DNA of 37,540 nt from Candidatus Omnitrophota bacterium (GCA_015233495.1 JADFXQ010000015.1:1-37540); one strand, 5' to 3'. Shown: positions 20,160 to 29,217, counted from the stretch's first letter. The notes: generated by a model from the sequence alone, not told the origin. Program-made: numbers and translations.

Positions 20160-21626
20160 ATGGTCCAGTTATCAAGTATCAAGACAAAGCTGCTGATTAT
20201 GGGGCTGGTATTGGGACTGGTCATGGCTGGTGTTGTTGGATTTGTCACGCCGCTGTTGTGCCGTAATGTAGCCAGCAGTGTTATGGAAAATGATGTCGAT
20301 TTTACGGCGAAATTATTGGCGGAAAATTGCGCTTTGGGAATGCAAACCTACGCCTTTGATAAAGGGGAATCTTTGCGGCAGACATTGGCGATGTTGCAGG
20401 CTCCCGGGCAAGAAAATGTCATTACGGAAGTGAGTCTATTTGATTCCGATTTAAAATGGCTGTTGGGGCTGAATTCCAGCCCCGATAAAAAAATCCATGC
20501 GATCAGTGAGATGGCTACGACCAATCGGGTCAACAATATTGAAGTCGTATTGCCCATCAAAGACTCGCATGCTACGATCACGGGTTATTTGGATATTATA
20601 TTTTCTAAAAATAGTTTTATCAATAAAATTAATCATTTTACCCGATGGATGGGAATGATCGGTATGGTCTTTCTGGTTGTTATTTTTCTTCTCATCCTGT
20701 GGGTCACTTCGACTATCACAAGGTCGATTCATTTGGTTGTCGCCAAGTTGAAAGAGATTGCCAGCGGGGACGCGGATTTAACGCATCGGATCGATGTCCG
20801 CACCAAGGACGAGTTGGGAAGCTTGGCGCACTGGTTTAACATTTTCGTCGAAAAAATCGGTGGTATTGTGTTACAGGTCAGAAACGGCGCGGGGGCGATT
20901 GAAACATCCGCGGGTCAGATCCAGACGGCATCTCACGGACAGGCCAAAGGGTCTTCGGAACAAAGCTCCGCCGTCAATGAAGCGTCAACCACTGTCAAGG
21001 AACTGGCGGCCACGGCTTCCCAAATCGCCCAGAACGCGGAAAATGTGGCCAAGGTTGCCGAACGTTCCATGGCCGGGATGCAGGAGATCAATATTCGCGT
21101 CGACACAACTGCGAAAAAGATCCTAAGATTGGGAGAGAAATCCCAGGCGATCGGCAACATTACGAAATTGATCGATGATATTGCCGAACAGACAAACCCG
21201 CTCGCGCTTAACGCCGCCATTGAAGCGGCCCGTGCTGGTGATGCGGGACGCGGGTTCGCGGTGGTAGCCCAGGAAGTGCGCAAATTAGCGGAACGTTCTT
21301 CGGAATCGACGGATGAGATCCGTCAGCTGATCACCGAAATCCAATCGGAAATCAATGCGACCGTGATCGGAATCGAGGATTCACTCAAGTGGGTGACACG
21401 GGGTGTTGAGATGATCCGCGAGACGGCGGGGTCAGCTAAAGAAATCTCAATCGCCACGCAGCAACAACGGACCGCATCCGAACAGACGGTGCAGGCGATG
21501 CAGAACATTAACGCGGTGACAAGACAATTTACCGCGTCGACTGCCCAGGCTTTGTCTTCGGCGAAAACGTTAAGCGACCTGGCCCACGAGCTCAAAATCG
21601 TTTTAGCCGGGTTTAAATTGGGATGA
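20160..21626 (+). CDS. Methyl-accepting chemotaxis protein (2 TM, periplasmic domain, HAMP, MCP signalling domain)
   Basis: [13 protein letters not shown]...[11 protein letters not shown]; tip motif IAEQTN(P)[42 protein letters not shown] before ATG 20160. Confidence 0.95.
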   Translation: MVQLSSIKTKLLIMGLVLGLVMAGVVGFVTPLLCRNVASSVMENDVDFTAKLLAENCALGMQTYAFDKGESLRQTLAMLQAPGQENVITEVSLFDSDLKWLLGLNSSPDKKIHAISEMATTNRVNNIEVVLPIKDSHATITGYLDIIFSKNSFINKINHFTRWMGMIGMVFLVVIFLLILWVTSTITRSIHLVVAKLKEIASGDADLTHRIDVRTKDELGSLAHWFNIFVEKIGGIVLQVRNGAGAIETSAGQIQTASHGQAKGSSEQSSAVNEASTTVKELAATASQIAQNAENVAKVAERSMAGMQEINIRVDTTAKKILRLGEKSQAIGNITKLIDDIAEQTNPLALNAAIEAARAGDAGRGFAVVAQEVRKLAERSSESTDEIRQLITEIQSEINATVIGIEDSLKWVTRGVEMIRETAGSAKEISIATQQQRTASEQTVQAMQNINAVTRQFTASTAQALSSAKTLSDLAHELKIVLAGFKLG

Positions 21627-21650
21627 TTTTTTTAAAGAGGGGATAAAAAA

Positions 21651-21854
21651 ATGGCTGACGTGAAATATAGTGTTTCGTTGAAGAAGTTGGAAGAGATTAT
21701 TGCGAAGATTGAGAGCGAGGAGATTGATGTGGACGAGTTGGCGAAGAAGGTGAAGGAGGCGGTGGATTTGATTAAGACTTGTAAGGAAAAGATTGAGAAG
21801 GCGGAATTGGAAGTGAAGAGCGTGGTGGATGGATTGAAGGTCCAGGAAACATGA
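21651..21854 (+). CDS. xseB: Exodeoxyribonuclease VII small subunit
   Basis: YSVSLKKLEEII.KIE...IDVDEL...C.EKIEKAELEV pattern; close to xseA. Confidence 0.9.
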   Translation: MADVKYSVSLKKLEEIIAKIESEEIDVDELAKKVKEAVDLIKTCKEKIEKAELEVKSVVDGLKVQET

Positions 21855-21860
21855 TGTGCT

Positions 21861-21884
21861 AAATTTTTGCTTCGCAAAAATTTT
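21861..21884 (+). terminator. Possible terminator hairpin after xseB
   Basis: AAATTTTTGC-TTC-GCAAAAATTT perfect 10-bp inverted repeat, but AT-rich. Confidence 0.35.
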
Positions 21885-21919
21885 CCTTGTGCTATAGTCA
21901 TTCGTTTATTTTGATATGT

Positions 21920-21993
21920 GCGCCTGTAGCTCAATTGGATAGAGCATTAGACTTCGGATCTAAGGGTTGGAGGTTCAAGTCCCCCCAGGCGCG
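21920..21993 (+). tRNA. tRNA-Arg (anticodon TCG); CCA not encoded
   Basis: Acceptor GCGCCTG/CAGGCGC, D arm GCTC/GAGC, anticodon stem TTAGA/TCTAA with loop CTTCGGA, T loop TTCAAGT. Confidence 0.95.
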
Positions 21994-22020
21994 CGTTTTG
22001 CGCCGTAGGCGCAAAACGCG
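21992..22020. repeat. Perfect 13-bp hairpin abutting the tRNA 3' end
   Basis: CGCGTTTTGCGCC-GTA-GGCGCAAAACGCG. Confidence 0.8.
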
Positions 22021-22094
22021 AGAGAGGCGAGAGGAGATAGGCGAGAGGAGAAAAAGCAAAAAATTCGCCTCGGTCACCCCTCTCCTCTCTCCTT
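22021..22094. repeat. Inverted heptamer arrays (GGCGAGA/GGAGATA ... TCTCCTC)
   Basis: Purine-rich 7-mer tandem units followed by complementary pyrimidine-rich units. Confidence 0.65.
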
Positions 22095-22121
22095 TCAATC
22101 AAGGTTTTCGGAGAATTTTAA

Positions 22122-23225
22122 ATGTTGAATAACCCGACAATGACACCTTTAAAACAAACCCCCTTATACCGCGACCACGTCGAGCTCGGCGCCAAGATGG
22201 TGGATTTTGGCGGCTGGGATTTGCCGGTGCAGTATGAGGGCATTCTCGCGGAATACGCGGCCACCCGTCAATCAGTTACGGTGTTTGATGTCTCGCATAT
22301 GGGCGAGTTTATCATTGAAGGCGATGCTCTGACTTCCGGATTGGACCGGATTGTCACTATGCCGATTGTTGATATGCCGTTGAAAACGTGCCGTTATGGG
22401 ATGATTCTCAACGAGACCGGCGGGGTGATTGATGACTTGATTGTGTTTCGCGTTGAGCGCGACAACTGGTTCATTGTTGTTAACGCGGCAACCGCGGAAA
22501 AGGACGCGGCGCATTTTCAAAAGCATTTGACTGCCGCGGCGAAATTCACGGATGTTTCGGCCCAGACCGGGAAGTTGGATTTGCAGGGTCCGCGGTCGCG
22601 TGAAATATTAAAAAAATTTGTTTCCGGAGCGGAAAAACTTGATTATTATTCTTTTGGCTTTTTTGATCTCTTGCGTGAGAATGTCCTGATCAGCCGCACG
22701 GGATATACGGGTGAGCTGGGTTATGAAATATTTTTTCCCTGGGACAAAACGCCGGATTTATGGCGGGCGCTTTTACAGAGCGGGGATGTGAAACCGGCGG
22801 GCTTGGGCGCGCGCGATATTCTGCGCCTCGAAATGGGATACAGTCTTTACGGCCATGAATTGAGCGAAGCGATCAATCCTTTGGAAGCGGGCTTGACAAA
22901 GTTTGTGCATTTCGATAAATCATTTATCGGGAAAGACGCGTTGCTGGCATTGAAATCATCCGGTATGACGCGCCGGATCGTTGGAATAGTATCGGAAGAC
23001 AAACGCAGTCCCCGGGCTGGGCAGAAGCTTTTTTCTGGGGAGCCGGAAGCCGGGGTGGTGACCAGCGGGTCGTTTTCGCCGCATTGTCAGCGGGGCATTG
23101 GCCTGGGATTTGTTCCGGCCGCGTTATCCGTCGGTGAAAAAATATTTTTTGGGGACGCGGGCCGAAAGTTTCCCGCGCAAATCGCCAGCCGGTTTTTTTA
23201 CAAAACGGGATCCATCAAGTCCTAA
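22122..23225 (+). CDS. gcvT: Glycine cleavage system aminomethyltransferase T
   Basis: GAKMVDFGGWDLPVQY, FDVSHMGE, SRTGYTGELGYE, GLGARDILRLEMG. Confidence 0.97.
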   Translation: MLNNPTMTPLKQTPLYRDHVELGAKMVDFGGWDLPVQYEGILAEYAATRQSVTVFDVSHMGEFIIEGDALTSGLDRIVTMPIVDMPLKTCRYGMILNETGGVIDDLIVFRVERDNWFIVVNAATAEKDAAHFQKHLTAAAKFTDVSAQTGKLDLQGPRSREILKKFVSGAEKLDYYSFGFFDLLRENVLISRTGYTGELGYEIFFPWDKTPDLWRALLQSGDVKPAGLGARDILRLEMGYSLYGHELSEAINPLEAGLTKFVHFDKSFIGKDALLALKSSGMTRRIVGIVSEDKRSPRAGQKLFSGEPEAGVVTSGSFSPHCQRGIGLGFVPAALSVGEKIFFGDAGRKFPAQIASRFFYKTGSIKS

Positions 23226-23239
23226 AGGAGAATCATATT

Positions 23240-23626
23240 ATGGAAATCGAGCAAAATTTGCTTTATACCAAAGAGCATGAGTGGGTCAATGTGGAAGGCG
23301 ACAGCGCGACGATCGGGATTTCCGATTATGCCCAGGAGTCATTGGGCGACATAACTTTCGTCGAGGTCCCCAGCGAAGGGGACGAGGTGGAGCAATTCGA
23401 GCAGATTGCCTCGGTCGAATCCGTGAAAGCGGCCAGCGATATTTTTTCGCCGGTGTCCGGCAAGATTGTCGAAGTGAACCCGAATTTGGAAGCCACTCCC
23501 GAACTGATCAATCGTTCGCCCTACCGCAAAGGCTGGATCGCCAAGATCAAAATGTCCGACCCCGAGGAAACCGCGAATTTGATGACGGCCGAGGAATACG
23601 AATCATTTTTGGAAAGCACGGGATAA
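23240..23626 (+). CDS. gcvH: Glycine cleavage system H protein
   Basis: YTKEHEW, GISDYAQESLGDI, ESVKAASDI lipoyl-Lys, N.SPY..GW. Confidence 0.97.
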   Translation: MEIEQNLLYTKEHEWVNVEGDSATIGISDYAQESLGDITFVEVPSEGDEVEQFEQIASVESVKAASDIFSPVSGKIVEVNPNLEATPELINRSPYRKGWIAKIKMSDPEETANLMTAEEYESFLESTG

Positions 23627-23627
23627 A

Positions 23628-24965
23628 TTGAATCCTTACATCCCCAATACCCCTCAGGAAGTTGACGAAATGCTCAAGGTCATCGGCGTGAAAACGATCG
23701 ATGACTTGTTTAGCGATATTCTGCCGCAGCAGCGGCCGCAGTCGTTTGATTTGCCGGCGGGCAAATCCGAATTGGAAGTCATGACGCGGTTGCGGGACAT
23801 TGCGGCGAAGAATACGGCGGGGCTGGTTCCGTTTATCGGCGGCGGGTATTATGATCATTATGTTCCGGCCGCGGTTGGGGCGTTGGTTTCGCGGGCGGAG
23901 TTTTATACTGCGTACACGCCGTATCAGCCCGAATGCAGTCAGGGGACTTTGCAGGCTTTGTTTGAATATCAGAGCGCGATTTGCGCGTTAACAGACCTGG
24001 ATGTGTCCAACGCGTCGTTGTATGAAGGCGGGACAGCGCTGTATGAAGCGCTGATCATGGCGATCCGCGCCACGAACCGGACCAAGGTGATCATCGACGG
24101 GGGAGTCAACCCGATCCATCAAAAAATCCTCCGGACTTATACCAGCAATCTGCATTTTGAATTTGTTTTGGCTCCGGTCAGTCATGGACAAGCGGACCGG
24201 GCGGCGATCGGCCGGCTGGTTGACAAAAATACGGCTGCGGTGATTTTACAGAATCCGAATTTTTTCGGCGCGATTGACGATTATTCCGATATTGTTAAAA
24301 CCGCGCATAGTCAGGGCGCGTTGGCGGTGATGAGTGTGTATCCGATTGCTTTGGGGTTGTTGAAAACCCCGGGAGCCATGGGCGCGGATATCGCGACCGG
24401 GGAAGGACAGAGTCTAGGCTTGCCGCTCAATTTTGGCGGGCCTTATCTGGGATTTATGGCTTGCCGTAAAGCCTTGATCCGCAAAATGCCGGGCCGCATC
24501 GTCGGGGAAACCACGGACGGTCAGGGACGGCGGTGTTTTGTGAATACCCTGCAGGCCAGGGAACAGCATATCCGCCGGGAAAAAGCGACTTCCAATATTT
24601 GCACGAATGTGGCGTTGAACGCGGTGCAGTCAATGATTTATATGGCCTTGTTGGGCAAGAAAGGCTTGAAGGATTTGGCGCAACTGAACGCGGATAAAGC
24701 CGAATTTTTAAAACAGGAATTATCTAAAATTAAAGGCGTAGAAGCCAAACGCAGTTCGCCGACGTTCAACGAGTTTACGGTTTGTTTGCCGAAGGCCGCG
24801 GACGCGGTGGTGGAGGCGATGATCGACGAAGGGTTTGCCGCCGGGTTCCCGTTGGGAAGATATTATCCGGGAATGGAAAATTATATGATCGTCGCGGTCA
24901 CGGAAAAACGGACGAAGGCGGAAATGCTGGCGTATGCGAACAGTCTTCAAAAAGTATTAAAATAG
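23628..24965 (+). CDS. gcvPA: Glycine dehydrogenase (decarboxylating) subunit 1
   Basis: TAYTPYQPECSQGTLQ, NASLYEG, FGGPYLG, REQHIRREKATSNICTN; TTG start. Confidence 0.96.
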   Translation: MNPYIPNTPQEVDEMLKVIGVKTIDDLFSDILPQQRPQSFDLPAGKSELEVMTRLRDIAAKNTAGLVPFIGGGYYDHYVPAAVGALVSRAEFYTAYTPYQPECSQGTLQALFEYQSAICALTDLDVSNASLYEGGTALYEALIMAIRATNRTKVIIDGGVNPIHQKILRTYTSNLHFEFVLAPVSHGQADRAAIGRLVDKNTAAVILQNPNFFGAIDDYSDIVKTAHSQGALAVMSVYPIALGLLKTPGAMGADIATGEGQSLGLPLNFGGPYLGFMACRKALIRKMPGRIVGETTDGQGRRCFVNTLQAREQHIRREKATSNICTNVALNAVQSMIYMALLGKKGLKDLAQLNADKAEFLKQELSKIKGVEAKRSSPTFNEFTVCLPKAADAVVEAMIDEGFAAGFPLGRYYPGMENYMIVAVTEKRTKAEMLAYANSLQKVLK

Positions 24966-24976
24966 AGCCTCTTTGA

Positions 24977-25241
24977 AGTTTTGAATGGGTAAGTAAGGGT
25001 AAAAGAAATTTTTTTCTGCCACGGGTTATTTTGGCCGTCTGCTTCGGTTTACGGCAAGCTTTCTATCGCGATTTTTAAACGCGGAAAGCTCGCCGTAAAG
25101 CCGTAGTCACCGCGTTTTGAGCAGAGCGAAGCGGTGACGAAGTGCCGCGCCCAGTCAGCGCGGCCTCGCAGACTTTTGGCCAAAAAACCCTTATTGTGGC
25201 AGAAAAAATTTTCTTTTACCTTTACTTACCCATTCAAAACT
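24977..25241. repeat. Rod-like imperfect palindrome, copy 2, carrying a 63-nt insertion
   Basis: Same core as 9083-9286 (TTCTGCCACGGGTTATTTTGGCCGTCTGC...GCAGACTTTTGGCCAAAAAACCCTTATTGTGGCAGAA); outer arms differ in sequence but still pair. Confidence 0.92.
25103..25165. mobile_element. 63-nt two-hairpin mini-element, copy A, inserted in the rod element
   Basis: Absent from the homologous site in 9083-9286; flanked by CC; near-identical to 29218-29280. Confidence 0.8.
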
Positions 25242-25284
25242 CAACAAAACCAGAAAAGATTAAAATAGGCGTATTTTAAAAATC

Positions 25285-26733
25285 ATGAAACTCATCTTCG
25301 AAAAAAGTGTTGCCGGACGGCAGGGGTTTTATCTGCCGCAGTCGGATGTTGACGTAAAAGCGGATATCCCGTTGAAATACCGCCGGGAAAAAGACTGTGT
25401 CTTACCCGAGGTCTCGGAATTGGACGTGGTCCGGCATTACACGCTTTTGTCCCAGCGGAATTATTGCGTAGACGCGAATTTTTATCCGCTCGGTTCCTGC
25501 ACCATGAAATACAATCCGAAATTCACGGAAACCGCGGCGGCCTTGCCTGCCCTGACCGAAGCCCATCCGCTTTTGCCGCAATTGAAAAAAGGGGAGCGCT
25601 GGGTGCAGGGATCATTGGAAATTTTGTATGAAATGGAGCAATGGTTGTGTGAGATCGCCGGCATGGACGCGTTTACCATGCAGCCGCTGGCCGGAGCGCA
25701 CGGCGAATTGACCGGGGTCATGATGATTGCCGCGTATCACCGGGCCAAGGGGAATAAAAAAACGCATATCATTATTCCGGACTCGGCGCACGGCACGAAT
25801 CCCGCGTCGGCGGCGATTGCCGGTTATGAAATTGTCACGATCCCTTCGGATAAAAACGGGGTCATGGATCTCAAAATTTTGAAGGAAAAAATCAATTCCG
25901 AAACTGCGGCGGTGATGATCACTTGCCCGGACACGCACGGCGTATTCAATCCGCAGATTGATCAAATCGCGGCCCAGGTCCACGGGGTGGACGGACTTAT
26001 GTATTATGACGGCGCGAATTTAAACGCGATCTTAGGCCGCTGCCGGCCCGGCGATGTCGGATTTGATGTGGTGCATATCAATTTGCATAAAACCTTTGCC
26101 ACGCCCCACGGCGGCGGCGGTCCGGGCGCCGGACCGGTCGGCGTTAAGGAAAAACTCGCGCCGTTTTTACCGGTGTCCCGGGTCATGCGCCGTACGGATA
26201 AAACCTATTATTTGAAATATGATTTTTCGGAATCGATCGGCTATATCTCGTCGTTTTACGGCAATTTCGGGATCATTGTCCGCGCCTTTGCCTATATGTT
26301 GATGTTAGGCAAGGAAGGATTGTTGGCGACCAGCGGCCACGCGGTCCTGAACGCCAATTACATTCGCGTCCGCCTTAAAGAATATTATGAATGCGCGTTT
26401 GACCGGATCTGTATGCATGAATGCGTTTTCTCGGCGGTAAAACAGGTGGAGCGCGGAGTCCACGCGATCGACATCGCGAAATATTTGATCGACCAGAGAA
26501 TGCACCCGCCCACGGTGTATTTTCCGATGACGGTCAAGGAAGCGATCATGGTCGAGCCGACCGAGACGGAATCCAAGGACACGATGGATACGTTCATAGA
26601 AACCATGATCGCGGCCGACAAATTAAGCCGCGACAATCCCCAAGCCTTTCACGACATGCCCAAAACCATGCCCATATCTCGTCCGGACGAAACCAAAGCC
26701 GCCCGCGACTGCCGGACCCAGTGCTTTTCGTAG
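25285..26733 (+). CDS. gcvPB: Glycine dehydrogenase (decarboxylating) subunit 2
   Basis: YPLGSCTMKYNP, QPLAGAHGE, SAHGTNPASA, HINLHKTFATPHGGGGPG PLP-Lys. Confidence 0.97.
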   Translation: MKLIFEKSVAGRQGFYLPQSDVDVKADIPLKYRREKDCVLPEVSELDVVRHYTLLSQRNYCVDANFYPLGSCTMKYNPKFTETAAALPALTEAHPLLPQLKKGERWVQGSLEILYEMEQWLCEIAGMDAFTMQPLAGAHGELTGVMMIAAYHRAKGNKKTHIIIPDSAHGTNPASAAIAGYEIVTIPSDKNGVMDLKILKEKINSETAAVMITCPDTHGVFNPQIDQIAAQVHGVDGLMYYDGANLNAILGRCRPGDVGFDVVHINLHKTFATPHGGGGPGAGPVGVKEKLAPFLPVSRVMRRTDKTYYLKYDFSESIGYISSFYGNFGIIVRAFAYMLMLGKEGLLATSGHAVLNANYIRVRLKEYYECAFDRICMHECVFSAVKQVERGVHAIDIAKYLIDQRMHPPTVYFPMTVKEAIMVEPTETESKDTMDTFIETMIAADKLSRDNPQAFHDMPKTMPISRPDETKAARDCRTQCFS

Positions 26734-26803
26734 GGGCGCCCCTTGTGGGCGCCCGTCGTCGTGGCGCGACTGAGCAACGGGCGCCCACGAGGGGCGCCCC
26801 TAC
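26730..26803. repeat. GTAG-family REP doublet (REPIN-like), intact copy
   Basis: GTAGGGGCGCCCCTTGTGGGCGCCC ... GGGCGCCCACGAGGGGCGCCCCTAC, 25-nt inverted arms with 1 mismatch; supplies the gcvPB TAG. Confidence 0.9.
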
Positions 26804-26960
26804 AGGAATCCGTTATTGGTACGCGAAAGGATAATGGGACCCCGCAAGGTGTGTCCGCCGTGAGGCGCTAATTTAACACGTATGCGGACGGCCCGACAAG
26901 TCCGCCGTGGAACCGCGATTCGAGGTTATTATGCGTGGACAAAATAGTCGGATATTTATC

Positions 26961-27053
26961 ATACCCGATAGGGTATTATTATAATCCTTAAAGACTCAAT
27001 TCTCCTTATTTTTAATAATATTTCTTGATTTTATACCCTTTAGGGTGTATATT
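26961..27053 (+). promoter_or_regulatory. Hip operon promoter with two palindromic operators
   Basis: ATACCC-N4-GGGTAT (26961-26976) and ATACCC-N4-GGGTGT (27033-27048); TTGATT (27025-27030)-N17-TATATT (27048-27053). Confidence 0.7.
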
Positions 27054-27059
27054 TTAATC

Positions 27060-27263
27060 ATGAAAAGCCTTGGGAAAATCATCCAGGAGTTGAGAAAGAA
27101 AGCAGGTCTTGGTCAGGTCGAGTTCGCCCAGCGGGCGGGAGTCGGCTTGCGTTTTGTGAGAGAACTCGAGCAGGGCAAGACAACCGTGCGTATGGACAAG
27201 GTCAATCAGACCCTGGATTTTCTTGGACATCATCTGGAGGTCGTGCGTAATGGCAAAGGATAA
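27060..27263 (+). CDS. HipB-like XRE/HTH regulator (y4mF family)
   Basis: LRKKAGLGQVEFAQRAGVGLRFVRELEQGKTTVRMDKVNQ; ATG 27060. Confidence 0.9.
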   Translation: MKSLGKIIQELRKKAGLGQVEFAQRAGVGLRFVRELEQGKTTVRMDKVNQTLDFLGHHLEVVRNGKG

Positions 27264-27582
27264 GAAGCGCAAAGCCCAGGTTTTTTATCATGATTGTCTG
27301 GCCGGAATCCTGGAAGAGACGGACCAAGGATACAGGTTCACCTATGCCTCTGATTTTTTGAAGACGGGTAAGCCGATTTCATTGTCTTTGCCTTTGCAGG
27401 CGGAACCTTTTGAATCAGCCGTATTGTTTTCTTTCTTCGCCGGACTGAATGCGGAAGGCTGGTATCGGGATATCGTTTGCGCGACCAAGAAGATCGACCA
27501 GACGGATGAATTCGGGATCTTATTAGTGACCGGAGAGAACACGATCGGAGCGGTTACCGTGAAAGAAAGCGGAGCCGTATGA
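27250..27582 (+). CDS. HipA N-terminal domain protein (HipS-like)
   Basis: AGILEETDQGYRFTY...ISLSLP...LFSFFAGL.AEGW...IGAV pattern; overlaps both neighbours. Confidence 0.88.
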   Translation: MAKDKKRKAQVFYHDCLAGILEETDQGYRFTYASDFLKTGKPISLSLPLQAEPFESAVLFSFFAGLNAEGWYRDIVCATKKIDQTDEFGILLVTGENTIGAVTVKESGAV

Positions 27583-28454
27583 AGAACGAACGATCTCTAT
27601 GGCGCAAAGTCTTCGGCATTGACAAAGAGCCGTATATCGACCTAACGCTGGCCGGGGTTTCTCTGAAAGCGCAGGAAATGGTCGGGAAGATGTCCATTTC
27701 CGGCGTTCAGCCGAAGCTTTCCGTCCGGCTTGTCGATAAAGACAATAAGCCTCGGCTGGAAGTCACCGGTGAGGGCGGACAATATATTTTAAAGCCTCAA
27801 GTCCAGGCGTTTGCTCATCTGCCGGAAAATGAAGAGTTCTGTATGACCATGGCCGGCGAGCTGGGGATCGATGTGCCCGCGCATTGCCTGGCGCATTTGC
27901 AGGACAAGAGTTGGGCGTATGTGGTCAAACGGTTTGACCGTAAAGGCCGTCGCAAGATCCATCAGGAGGATTTTGCGCAGATCCTGGGCAAAGAAAATAA
28001 ATATGACGGCTCGGTTGAGGAGATCGGCCGGACGTTGAAAGCGGTTTCCGAAGTTCCCGGGCTGGATGCGCAGCTTTTCTTTGAGCGGGTCGTGTTCAAT
28101 TTCCTGATCGGGAATGGCGATGCGCATGTGAAAAATTATTCTGTCATTTATAACGAAGCGGGGTGGGCGCGCCTTGCCCCGGCGTATGATCTGGTCTGTT
28201 CCCGGATCGTAGTCCCGCAAGAGACGGATGAATCGGCATTGACCATTCAGGGGAAAAAGCGCCGGATCAAAAGGCAGGACATGGACCTTCTCGCCGAGTA
28301 TCTTGGCATCCCGGAAAAAATCCGGTTCGCGAAGTTTGCGGGACAGAAAGAACTTTTTTGTTCAAGGCTAAAGGGGTCCCGGCTCCCCAAGGATCTGGCC
28401 AAAGACTTTGATAAGCTTTTAATGGAACGCTTCCAAAGGCTGGAATTGGAATAA
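27579..28454 (+). CDS. HipA C-terminal kinase domain toxin (HipT-like)
   Basis: MSISGVQPKLS, YILKP, ENE, KRFDR, EDFAQ, GNGDAHVKNYS, LAPAYDL. Confidence 0.92.
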   Translation: MKNERSLWRKVFGIDKEPYIDLTLAGVSLKAQEMVGKMSISGVQPKLSVRLVDKDNKPRLEVTGEGGQYILKPQVQAFAHLPENEEFCMTMAGELGIDVPAHCLAHLQDKSWAYVVKRFDRKGRRKIHQEDFAQILGKENKYDGSVEEIGRTLKAVSEVPGLDAQLFFERVVFNFLIGNGDAHVKNYSVIYNEAGWARLAPAYDLVCSRIVVPQETDESALTIQGKKRRIKRQDMDLLAEYLGIPEKIRFAKFAGQKELFCSRLKGSRLPKDLAKDFDKLLMERFQRLELE

Positions 28455-28517
28455 CGCCGTCAGCATTGCGATCAAGCAGCCGAAAAACCGGCAAAAGACA
28501 AAAAAATAATCCCGCTT

Positions 28518-29162
28518 ATGATTGTTCAAGAAATATCCTTTCGCGCGCCCGAAGAAAATATCCGTTACGACGAGGAATTGCTGAAACGCGCAGAAGACGG
28601 GCAAGGCGGGGAGGTTCTGCGGTTTTGGGAATCGCCGGTGGTTTTTGTGGTTTTGGGCCGGATGGGCGACACTGATGAGGACGTTATTTTGGATAACACC
28701 ACCCGCGACAATGTCCCGGTGATCCGCCGGGCTTCCGGAGGCGGCACGGTTGTGCAGGGCCCGGGTTGCCTTAATTATTCGCTTATCTTATCGAAAACCA
28801 ACCCGGATGTCGCTGACCTGAAGCGTTCCTACGCTTATATTTTAAGCCGGGTTGTTCAAGCCTTAAGCCAGGTTGGAGTCGACGCCGAATTTCTGCCGAT
28901 CTCGGACATCGCGTTAAAAGCCAATCATAAAAAAATTTCCGGCAACGCGCAAAAACGCGGCCGGAATTTTATCCTGCATCACGGCACAATCCTCTATCAG
29001 TTTGACCTGCCGCTGATTTCCCGCTATCTCAAAACACCTAAGGATATCCCGAAGTACCGTCAAGGCCGTTCCCACGCCGATTTTGTCGAGAACCTGGAAG
29101 GCGATATTTACGTTTTCAAGAAAGTGATGATTGATATTTGGAGAAGTGCGCCTTGCAAATAA
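28518..29162 (+). CDS. Lipoate-protein ligase family protein (catalytic domain only; LplA/LipM-like)
   Basis: RRASGGGTV, LNYS, KKISGNAQ, HHGT; gcv context. Confidence 0.9.
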   Translation: MIVQEISFRAPEENIRYDEELLKRAEDGQGGEVLRFWESPVVFVVLGRMGDTDEDVILDNTTRDNVPVIRRASGGGTVVQGPGCLNYSLILSKTNPDVADLKRSYAYILSRVVQALSQVGVDAEFLPISDIALKANHKKISGNAQKRGRNFILHHGTILYQFDLPLISRYLKTPKDIPKYRQGRSHADFVENLEGDIYVFKKVMIDIWRSAPCK

Positions 29163-29217
29163 GAGAAAATATCGACGTTGATCATTGATGTCGTAGGGGC
29201 GCCTCCTGTGGGCGCCC

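Noticed and set aside
21651..21854. Strong C depletion in xseB
   Set aside because: Largely explained by Lys/Glu/Val/Ile-rich composition in a short gene.
22021..22121. Glycine riboswitch before gcvT
   Set aside because: The GGAGA-rich text is explained by heptamer repeats; no recognisable aptamer architecture.
21887..22132. 81-aa ORF over the tRNA
   Set aside because: Spurious translation of the tRNA and repeats.
26806..26960. ncRNA or gene remnant between the REPIN and the Hip promoter
   Set aside because: Only weak pairing and no credible ORF or second copy.
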